A DNA stretch of 64,000 bases, from the NCBI GenBank assembly GCA_950097015.1, contig CATNEN010000039.1, positions 20,584,001 through 20,648,000 of the forward strand, given 5' to 3'. Position numbers and translations under genes: made by a program. This document shows, piece after piece, positions 46,501 to 58,500 of this stretch (positions within the stretch are counted from its first letter, which is position 1; every line of letters starts with the position of its first letter). Source of the stretch: Macrostomum hystrix. Taxonomy: Eukaryota; Animalia; Platyhelminthes. The notes below the pieces were generated by a model. It searched no databases. It was not told the origin of the DNA and saw only the letters and a program-made list of their open reading frames with translations.

Positions 46501-49500
46501 CTCCCATCTCATCCTGTTCTACTCTCCAATCCTGGTCTACTCTCCCATCCTATCCTTGTCTACTCTCCCATCTCATCCTGGTCTACTCTCCCATCTCATC
46601 CTGGTCTACTCTCCCATCCTATCCTGGTCTACTCTCCCATCTCATCCTGGTCTACTCTCCCATCCTATCCTGTTCTACTCTCCCATCTCATCCTGGTCTA
46701 CTCTCCCATCCTATCCTGTTCTACTCTCCCATCTCATCCTGGTCTACTCTCCCATCTCATCCTGGTCTACTCTCCCATCTCATCCTGGTCTACTCTCCAA
46801 TCCTGGTCTACTCTCCCATCCTATCCTGGTCTACTCTCCCATCTCATCCTGGTCTACTCTCCCATCTCATCCTGGTCTACTCTCCCATCCTATCCTGTTC
46901 TACTCTCCCATCTCATCCTGTTCTACTCTCCCATCTCATCCTGGTCTACTCTCCCATCTCATCCTGGTCTACTCTCCCATCTCATCCTGGTCTACTCTCC
47001 CATCCTAGTCTACTCTCCTATTCTGGTCTACTCTCCCTTCTGAACACCCATGATTCTTCCAAGTCCAGCTCTAGTTAATTTATAATTTCATTAAAACCAG
47101 TACAAGATAGTTAAGCAAGCAACTTTTTCCTGTTGTATTCTTTTCTGCCTACTTCTCTTTGGGTCAGTAGTGTGAATGGTATTTTGAATGTTATTAGTAG
47201 AAATGCTGCAAACGCACTTTCAGAGCGTGTCGGCTGCTTCCCCGTGCTGGAACCATCGCTGACACTTGGAGTCTGCGCCAAGAATAATCCGCAAATTGCC
47301 CGTCAGGTGCCAATCAAGCACAGCTTTGTGCTGTCAGTCAATAGCGACTTTGTCTACAGCGACATATTTCCACAGAATGACCCGGAAGCTCGAGCAATCA
47401 TTGAGTACATGGTAAGGGTTGATGAGCATCCCTTAGACAGCTCACTTCTGACATGTCACTTCGGACAGGTCACTTCTGACAGGTCACTTCTGACAGGTCA
47501 CTTCTGACAGGTCACTTCTGACATGTCACTTCTGACAGCTCACTTCTGACATGTCACTTTTGACAGCTCACTTCTGACATGTCACTTTTGACAGCTCAAC
47601 TCTGACAGCTCACTTTTGACAGCTCAACTCTGACAGCTCACTTCTGACAGCTCACTTCTGACATGTCACTTCTGACAGCTCACTTATGACAGATCACTTC
47701 TGACATGTCACTTCTGACAGCTCAACTCTGACAGCTCACTTCTGACAGCTCACTTCTGACAGCTCACTTTTGACAGCTCACTTCTGACAGCTCACTTCTG
47801 ACAGCTCACTTCTGACAGCTCACTTTTGACATGTCACTTTTGACAGCTCAACTCTGACAGCTCAATTCTGTCATGTCACTTCTGACGACTCAGGTCTGAC
47901 ACCTCACATCTGACACCTTACTTCTGACAGCTCACTTCTGACACCACACTTCTGACACCACACTATTGACAGCTCACTTATGACACGGCAGTTTCGACAC
48001 CTCAGTTCTGACACCCAGTTCTTACACCTCAGGTCTTGCAGTTCTGACAACTCAGTTCTGACACATTATGTTTGACACCTCAGTTCTGACACATTATGTT
48101 TGACACCTCAGTTCTGACACATTATGTTTGACACCTCAGTTCTGACACATTATGTTTGACAACTCAGTTCTGACACATTATGTTTGACACCTCAGTTCTG
48201 ACACATTATGTTTGACACCTCAGTTCTGACACATTATGTTTGACACCTCAGTTCTGACACATTATGTTTGACACCTCAGTTCTGACACATTATGTTTGAC
48301 ACCTCAGTTCTAACACCCAGTTCTGACACCTCAGTTCTTACACCTCAGGTCTTGCAGTTCTGACACATTATGTTTGGCACCTCAGTTCTGACACATTATG
48401 TTTGGCACCTCAGTTCTGACACATTATGTTTGACACCTCAGTTCTGACACATTATGTTTGACACCTCAGTTCTGACACATTATGTTTGACACCTCAGTTC
48501 TGACACTTGACTTGTCACTGAGATATTTTCTCAAGCTAAAACATGGCTTAACCACCGCCGTCTCACATAGTTGGCCCTAACGTTTGACGATCGAATCACG
48601 CCTGGCATTCAGCTCACCTGGGATCCGACCTATATTGGACAAACGTCAATGGAAGTTGCGTAAGTCTCAATGTCAATTGTTTTACTGTCGCTAAGTGGCT
48701 AATTAGACATATAGAACAAGTTAACAGTCTCATTCCGTCTAATCACCTACAGAGCAACCACTTCACCGCTGCAAATCAGAGTGGAAACCAACTATATTCT
48801 GCTCAAGTCGAAAAACTTAACTGCCAGTGTGACCTCAAACATGATTGAATCAATCTTTAATTCTAATGTTAAAAAAGTTCTTAGCTACTTTGGCACTGGC
48901 TCCATACAGCGGTCTGTTATTAAACGTGAGTATTTGACTGGTCTCTCATATTCACGCTTTAAAGACTAAAGATTCTTAGACAAATCAGTCATATACTAAC
49001 AATTCATAGACCAATGAGTCATAAACCATAGAGTAGTCATGGATCATAGATTAGTCATGGATCATAGAGTAGTCATGGACCATAGATTAGTCATGGACCA
49101 TAGATTAGTCATGGACCATAGAGTAGTCATGGACCATAGATTAGTCATGGACCATAGAGTAGTCATGGAACATAGATTAGTCATGGACCATAGAGTAGTC
49201 ATGGACCATAGATTAGTCATGGACCATAGAGTAGTCATGGACCATAGAGTAGTCATGGACCATAGAGTAGTCATGGACCATAGAGTAGTCATGGACCATA
49301 GATTAGTCATGGACCATAGAGTAGTCATGGACCATAGATTAGTCATGGACCATAGATTAGTCATGGACCATAGAGTAGTCATGGACCATAGAGTAGTCAT
49401 GGACCATAGAGTAGTCATGGACCATAGATTAGCCATGGACCATAGAGTAGTCATGGACCATAGATTAGTCATGGACCACAGAGTGCTAGGCAAATTAGTC

Positions 49501-52500
49501 ATGGACCACAGAGTGCTAGGCAAATTAGTCATGGACCATAGAGTGGTCATGGACCACAGAGTGCTAGGCAAATTAGTCATGGACCATAGAGTGCTAGGCG
49601 AATTAGTCATGGACCATAGATTATTCATGGACCATAGAGTCCTAGGCAAATTAGTCATGGACGAATCCGCTTCTTCCAGTCTGGTCTCCCGACTGTACCA
49701 AGCTGGTGGCGACCAACCCCGGAGCGGAAGTTGACAACCCGATAGAGACTGTCACTGTCAGACCGAAGCCGCGCATCGACTACCTGGGCCAGACTGGCCA
49801 GGTGAAATTGCGACTGAATGTGTCGATGTACAGAAATTTTGAGATCGCCGCGATTGCTGGAGATTTCGTTTATGCGCGATTCACCTTTAGCAAATGGCTA
49901 CGACAGGTTTTTGAAAGCCTATCAGACTTCAGGCTGCTCAGTTCGGTTCACGGCAACCTGGTCAAAAATATCGAGTGGGTATTCTTAAAATCTTAAAAAC
50001 AACAGAACCTTCCAAACCTTTACAATAATAGACCTAATTCAACCTGATAATATTTGTTCCACCTGGAACCTGCTCACCTCACACAATTGCTCACATGACA
50101 CCTGCTTACCTGACACCTGCTCACCTGACACCTGCTCACCTGACACCTGCTCACCTGACACATGCTCACCTGACACCTGCTCACCTCACACTTGCTCACA
50201 TGACACCTGCTCACATGACACCTGCTCACCTGACACCTGCTCACCTGACACATGCTCACCTGACACCTGCTCACCTCACACTTGCTCACATGACACCTGC
50301 TCACATGACACCTGCTCACCTGACACCTGCTCACCTGACACATGCTCACCTGACACCTGCTCACCTGACACATGCTCACCTGACACCTGCTCACATGACA
50401 CCTGCTCACCTGACACCTGCTCACCTGACACCTGCTCACCTCACGCTTGCTCACATGACACTTGCTCACATGACACCTGCTCACATGACACCTGCTCACC
50501 TGACACCTGCTCACCTGACACATGCTCACCTGACACCTGCTCACCTCACACTTGCTCACATGACACCTGCTCACCTGACACCTGCTCACCTGACACATGC
50601 TCACCTGACACCTGCTCACCTCACACTTGCTCACATGACACCTGCTCACATGACACCTGCTTACCTGACACCTGCTCACCTGACACATGCTCACCTGACA
50701 CATGCTCACCTGACACCTGCTCACCTCACACTTGCTCACATGACACCTGCTCACCTGACACCTGCTCACCTGACACATGCTCACCTGACACCTGCTCACC
50801 TCACACTTGCTCACATGACACCTGCTCACCTGACACCTGCTCACCTGACACATGCTCACCTGACACCTGCTCGCCTCACACTTGCTCACATGGCACCTGC
50901 TTACCTGACACCTGCTCACCTGACACCTGCTCACATGATACCTGCTCACCTGACACCTGATCACCTGACACCTGCTTACCTGACACCTGCTCACATGGCA
51001 CCTGCTTACCTGACACCTGCTCACCTGACACCTGCTCACATGATACCTGCTCACCTGACACCTGATCACCTGACACCTGCTTACCGGACACCTGCTCACC
51101 TCAAACTTGCTCACCTGACATCTGCTCACCTGACATCTGCTCAACTGACACCTGCTCACCTCACACTTGCTCACATGACACTTGCTCACATGACACTTGC
51201 TCACATGACACCTGCTCACCTCACACTTGCTCACCTGAGACCTGCTCACATGACAGAAGTCATAGGCTACAACCTCTGAGGTTGTAGCCTAGTGGTTAGG
51301 GCGTCGGACTCACGACTTGAAGGTCTCGGGTTCGATTCCCGACTCCCCTGAACAATTTGTGTCCTTTAGCAAGACACTTAACTCTGCATTGCTTCAGTTC
51401 ACCCAGCTGTTAAATGGGTACCAGCATCAGCTGGGATAATTGAAGGTGGGTGTGGCGTCCCCCCAGTCCATGGACTGAACAGCTGTACGCAGCCTTCAGA
51501 TGCGCCGCGCATTAGCTGCGGCTGTGCTGTCGGCTGCTCATCTGACCCAATTGGGGCATGTGTAATCAATTATTATTATTATTATCACATGACACCTGCT
51601 CACCTCACACTTGCTTACCTGACACCTAAGCTCTTAATTATCACTAAATACTAATAAAGTATCACTAAACTTATAAATGTTCGTAACTTCGCTACAATGT
51701 CCACAGCAATAGCCGTGATACGCCAAGTACCACAGTGATATTCAACGACTTGCACGTGGATCTAGGCCAGCACCCGACCTCTGAGCTTTCATTTGCCAAC
51801 GCCTTTGTCGATGTTACCAAGACTAGTGCCGCTCGTGCTTTCATCATCCCCTCCAGCTCGTTCAGCAACCTAGCTGCCAGTGCTGAATTCCTGCCCAACC
51901 AGCCAGCTAGAAGAAAGCGCAGCGTAAACAACACGCCGAACCAGTTATCTACTGCCAGAGCCTGTAGCTTCAGTCATCAGGTCCGACAGACCCTGATGCT
52001 AAAGTCGCGCTATCATCAGTGGTTTTCGCATCAGGACAAAATCAAACCGGTTCTAGGCTACCTGCTAACCAGATCGCTGCTTGAGTCAATCAATTCGGCT
52101 GGTCTCAAATTTAATTTAAACGAGTCCCAGGTGAGCCCTGCTAATAACTAGCGTTAAATTCTACAACACTGATTTTTTTTACTAAAACGGCTCTTTTAAG
52201 GTCCACCAATTCTATTAATAGCAGCATGCTATTAAACAATTGAATTATGTTAACTTGCTGAAACGGCTCTAGTAGTGTCAATAAATAAATAAATATAGTT
52301 AGCCGCAATTTTAAATTTTCATTTCGGTATGCTTCTAGACAAAACGGCCCTATTATGGTCATCACCAATCAGATATAGTTGCATTCATCGAACCTAAAAG
52401 TTTTGTCAAGTAACTAGCAAAGCGGCCCCGTAAATCGCTGATTAAACTTTCAAAAGTAAAATTGATTGCAAAAATAAACTTCGTTACCGACTCAAAATCT

Positions 52501-55477
52501 AATCTTAACAGTACTAGGATAAACGGCCCAATTAAGGCCCACCAACACTACCTATAGTTGGCTGGATTGTAAATTTAGATTTTAGGTTATTTAAATGACA
52601 GCTGTATTCAATGGTAAATTATTTTGTTATGTAAATTGCATTCCAACTAATGTTTAGGCTATTTCACAAGTCTCGTTAAATATCTCAATTAACCAGATTC
52701 AAATCGGCTACATCAGCGTCAACAGCCGAGCCGCGGAATTTCTAGCCCACGTGGCCCTGCTGCCCTGCTCAAAGCCGGCCAACCCCGACACAAGCCTTGT
52801 TGACAAAGTCAAAGGCGCCATTCGGAGTAACTTTTACGCCAGCTGGCGCGCACATTCTGCAGTCGGTCGGCTACTGCAGGAGCGACTTGTCGGCCTCGAC
52901 TGGCAACACCTGCAGGCTGGCAGCAGTGGCGGCTGGAATCTGCGCGTGTACAAGTCACTGCTATTGGACCACTGGCCTTGGAGTGAGGACCTGACGGACA
53001 GGTTAGTGCCGGCTATTCACTGAACTGCTGGACACCAGACTCACATCATCAGGAGACACCATCCTCCAGATCCTCGGGAAACACCATCCAGATCCTCAGG
53101 AGACACCATCAAGATCCTCAGCAGACACTATCCAGATCCTCGGGAAACACCATCCAGATCCTTAGGAGACACCACCATCCAGATCCTCAGGAGACGCCAC
53201 CATCCAGATCCTCAGGAGACACCATCCAGATCCTCAGGAGACACCATCGAGATCCTCAGGAGACACCATCCAGATCCTCAGCAGACACTATCCAGATCCT
53301 CAGGAGACACCATCCAGATCCTCAGCAGACACTATCCAGATCCTCGGGAAACACCATCCTTCAGATCCTCGGGAAACACCATCCAGATCCTCAGGAGACA
53401 CCATGCCCCCCATGGGCCATGAGATAGAAACAATAGTCCTTAGCGTTAATGCTTCAAAACACACCCACCAGGCGTTCTGTTCCCCGGTTGCGCCTAACCG
53501 CCAAGCTGCTGAGCATCCTTCAGCTGGTCTACGACAAGCCCAAGGAGCTGCGCCTTGAAGGCTTCGATTTCGACGTTCAACGCACCGAGGCGGGCTTGAG
53601 GCTATTCCTCTTCGAGGATCTGCTGCTACGCAGCGGCACCGGGGGCATCTTGGCGGCTTCGCTAACTGCCGTCGAGGATTTCGTCCGCGGCGTCAATCTG
53701 CGCCGGGAGGGCGAAATTCGCAAAGCTACGCCGCTGATCATGACGCCATTCAACATGACTCAGCTATTCCTGAAGGGTGAGCGCTGAAAGAGTATGCTCT
53801 GCTACTATTGGTCACTCTATTTATTGGTCACTCTATCTATTGGTCACTCTATATATTGGTCACTCTATCTATTGGTCACTCTATTTATTGGTCACTATTT
53901 ATTGGTCACTCTATCTATTGGTCACTCTATATATTGGTCCCTTTATTTATTGTTCACTCTATCTATTGGTCACTCTATATATTGGTCACTCTATCTGTTG
54001 GTCACTCTATATATTGATAACTCTATCTATTCCTCACTCTATTTATTGATCACTCTATGTATTGATCACTCTATGTATTGGTCACTCTATGTATTGGTCA
54101 CTCTATCTATTGGTCCCTTTATTTATTGGTCACTCTATTTATTGGTCACTCGATTTATTGGTCACTCTATTTATTGGTCACTCTATTTATTGGTCACTCT
54201 ATTTATTGGTGACTCTATCTATTGGTCACTCTATATATTGATAACTCTATGTATTGGTCACTCTATGTATTGGTCACTCTATGTATTGGTCACTCTATGT
54301 ATTGGTCACTCTATGTATTGGTCACTCTATTTATTGGTCACTCTATCTATTGGTCACTCTATATATTGATAACTCTATCTATTCCTCACTCTATGTATTG
54401 GTCACTCTATGTATTGGTCACTCTATGTATTGGTCACTCTATGTATTGGTCACTCTATGTATTGGTCACTCTATGTATTGGTCACTCTATGTATTGGTCA
54501 CTCTATTTATTGGTCACTCTATCTATTGGTCACTCTATATATTGATAACTCTATCTATTCCTCACTCTATGTATTGGTCACTCTATGTATTGGTCACTCT
54601 ATGTATTGGTCACTCTATGTATTGGTCACTCTATGTATTGGTCACTCTATCTATTGGTCACTCTATCTATCTACTAGCTTTTGTGCCCCTCCGATTCCAG
54701 TCCTGCACATCGAAGCCATTCCGGCTTCAGAAGCTCGTCAGCACTCGGAGAAGGAGCCGCTGCTGCAGCTGCAGAAGACATTAATGATCAACTTTCAGCC
54801 TTCCGATGCCATGCTAGCCAGCATCAGCAGCAGCGGCAGCGAATTGTCCATTTTAGAACGTCTGGAGACAATGCTTCGCAGCCTCAGCGTGTCGGGCACT
54901 CCTGAGCAGCCGCACGTTCGCCTATTCCTAGAATCACTCGCCACGACTCCAGAGCAGCAGCCGCAGCATCGGCAGTCCCGCCGCAGCTTCACCGTGCTGA
55001 CTCAAGTGCTGTGCAACGCCACCTCGCAGACGACCTACCAGGCAGCTGTGGCCAATGCCTTCCGCAGCCTCAGTGCCGTCGACAATGTCGTCTCCGAGTT
55101 CTTGTTCTGCGATATTGCGATGCACTTTGACAACGCCGGCGCTCAGGGCAGAGCCGCCACAGCTTCGGCTTCCATATTCCGCGTCAGCCACACCGCCGTG
55201 GACGATCGCGACGAGGTGATGAGCGCCGAACAGCAGGTCTTAGTATCCAAGGACCGACTGACCGAGTTCTGGACGAACATGGTATGAGCTTGATGTGCAA
55301 CACATTTTTACAGTGAAAAGATCACGTGGGTATTCAAATACCCACATTTCAGTTTTTTTCTGTATCTCCTACAAAATTCACCCAATCGCCGTGAAAATCA
55401 AGAACACGGGCCAGAATTTCAGCTCTATTCGATGAAACAACTTCCAGAATCACAAAACATCGGTATCGTCGAGATAT

Positions 55478-55511
<34 letters not shown>

Positions 55512-58500
55512 CGTGTTGGTTCGGATCCCTCGCTAGGCATACGGGGGGCGCGCCAGCGCGCCCGACGCCTCGACGAAGGTCCGCACCCCTTCTGGGTCGT
55601 CCTGCAGCGGGGACATAGAGCCGTTGATGGCCCCCGGGAGGTGAAGCCAGTGCTCCTCCGCCCACCTGGGGCAGTCTAGCAGAAAATGCCCGGTGTCCTC
55701 TTCGGGGGCATCCCGACCGAAAATAAATGTCCTTTAAAAGCGTCAAATGGCACATAAAAATGAATTAGAGCGAAGCGCATAACTGTCGAAACGTCCGGAA
55801 AATGGGCTTTTTCGACAATTGGTGGCACAGCGTGGCACAAATTTTACTGTGCCAAGCTGTGCCATATGGCCCAAGTGAGACAATTAGAAATCGATCATTT
55901 TAATTGTGCACTACAATGCCACAACTGTGTCAGTCGTCCTAGTTCGTTTTAAATACATATAATTGCGCACAACTGTGCCAGAAATGTGCCATTTGGCGTA
56001 GATACACCTGACGAGTAAATGTGCTGTTTGAAGCAGTCAAACTAGGGGCGCAAATGTGCCATTGATGCTGCTATAGGTGACGCGTTAAAGTGCATGAAGT
56101 AGCCAGCATGTTGTGAAAAAGTACATGCTTAAAGGAGGGAACACAAATTGTAAAAGGTTGCCAATATAAATTAAACATTGAAACAATCGCGCGAAGGTGT
56201 ACTTGAAATTAAAACGATCTGGAAAGTAATCCGGATGCTGCCCATACATATATATTTGCTGGAAAATAGAAAACATGAATAGCGACGAAAAATACGCAAG
56301 TATCAAAGCTATTATGACAGTAACTGGTATGGTTAGCAGCTAGTTTATTTAATCCCCAGCTTGGCCCAGCCAGTTGCCTATCTCCACAGTGTATTTTCAT
56401 TTAACTGGCCTAAGCGAGTCATTTAACGGCCTAGGCCGATTAAACGTATAGTCTTCCTTTTCTTTCTTTTTCTTAATGATTTCTTAATGATTTGTCTATC
56501 GCATTACCATGTGGGGGCTTCGCCCCCACACCCCCGACATTTCGTCTATAGCCAACTATTCAGCAAGAGAGCAAAAATAACAAGCCAAGGCCGAGATAGC
56601 TCGTACTGGCAAACAAACAGTCAATTATATATTTCGTACCTAAAATATAAGCTTTGTTTACTATGCCTGGTGGGCACAAAGAGGACAAAGACAGTTATAA
56701 CTGTGCCAAAGGGCATATTTGTGGCACAACGGGCACATTTGTTACAAGTGTGCCAAGTGTGCCAATTGGTTTCAATGGGCAATTGTCGTACAAAAGGTTA
56801 TTTGTGCCACTTGTGCCAAACAGGACAGACAAAGACAGTTATAACTGTGCAAAAGGGCATAGCTGTGGCACAACTGGCACATTTGTTACAAGTGTGCCGA
56901 GTGTGCCAATTGGTTTTAATGGGCAATTGTCGTACAAAAGGTTATTTGTGCCACTTGTGCCAAACAGGACAGACAAAGACAGTTATAACTGTGCCAAAGG
57001 GCATATTTGTGGCACAACTGGCACACTTACTGTTTTTGAGAGGACATTTATTTTCGGTCGGGATTGCAGTGCGGGCAGGCTGCGGTTGGGGCGCGGCCCA
57101 GCGATGCCGGGTGGCCTGCAGGAAGGGCGCACGGTTCGCCCGAAGCTGGTACAGCGCCACCTCGGCCGCCCGCGGCCAGCCTGGCCGGTGGATGAGCTGC
57201 GCTCCGCCGCAGAGCCTGTGGGGGTGGTCCGCCGGAACCAGCTGGTTGTACTCCGCCAATTCGACAGCCCGTCCCTGGCGACGGAGGGTGGCCCTTGCGG
57301 CCGCCACGGGAACTGGCTGGGGGTCCTGCTGCATGACGGATCCCCTCCGGGCCAGCTCATCGGCAGCCTCGTTCAGCGCAAGGCCAGCGTGCCCTGGGAT
57401 CTAGATGACCGTGGGCCTGTGCTCGCTGGCCAGCTGCTGGAGCAGGATCGCGGCTTGCGCGGTGGCGTGGTCTTGCAGGCACTTGGTCGAGGACTGCAGC
57501 CGCTGGAACAGGGCTCGTGAGTCGAACAGCAGCCAGATCGCCGAGCTCGGCTTCCCCCCGAAGGAGACCGAGGGCGGGGCGTCGGTTAGCTTCCATGATG
57601 TCAAGTGGCTGGAGCCCGGCGTCCGCGATCAGCGCAGCAGACCGGGCACCGGGACTGACACCGTGATGGCCCGAGCCGCGGCGTAGTTCGTCGACTCCAA
57701 CCGCTCGCGGTGGGTGCCGGCCAGAAAAAGATATCTCGTCGGGTGTCTGGAGGAAAAAACCACCAATAAGGGCATCATTCTTCTGCTCACAGAATTTTAT
57801 AATGTAACCATGTCTGCTGTCCTTATTAACTACGAGTATTTTGGATTGATTGTGATAAAAAAACTGCCGTTTTTTATTTTTTAACTAATATGGATTCGCC
57901 ATAGAGTTTTACACAGAGCAATGTCAGCTGTCCTTGTCACCAGGGTCTTCCCTAAGAATCGCTGAATATCTCGACGATGCTGGCCTGGTATGGTTAGTTC
58001 ATTGTAAAGGGCGGAAAATTTTGAATCAGATGGTGGACTTTCACGGTCATCGGTCATTCGGTTTGGAGGCCATAGTGAAATAGGCTGTGTGTATTTGAAA
58101 TAGCCCGTGGACCTTCCTCAGGTGGTCTTTGTATGTGGTCTTCACACTGTTAATATGCTTTTGAACGACTGAAGCTCATACAGTTTGATCGCATTTTTTG
58201 CCTTCCAGCTCATTCATATTGTCAACTCGGACACTAACACACTGATGGTCGTGCCGACAAAGACTGAGACTACCTGGTCACCTAGTGGCACCAGGTAAGA
58301 CTTAGGAGTGACAATAGATTATATTTCACTTTCGTAGGTTAAACTGTACTCCAGGTATGTTGGCAATAACTACTGCTGGATCTTTGATCAAGTATTTGGT
58401 ACACACGACAAACTATATGTCATATTGTTAGCTATTTTAGGTCATACTGTAGGTTTCTTTGTCATACTGTAGGTTTTTTTGTCATACTGTAGGTTTTTTG

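Noticed and set aside
51278-51350. Functional tRNA gene
   Set aside because: A and B boxes are present, but the sequence continues into a repeated SINE body with an (ATT)n tail and I could not form a convincing acceptor stem.
56487-57520. Cys-rich plus-strand ORFs of 305 and 288 aa
   Set aside because: They read through the transposon's subterminal repeats into the antisense of the LINE; there are no transposase motifs.
55290-58000. A third, older element hosting the LINE (ATATCTCGACGAT shared by 38750, 57966 and, inverted, 55468)
   Set aside because: The ~45-nt match between 38721 and 57938 is real, but I could not define ends, TIRs or a TSD.
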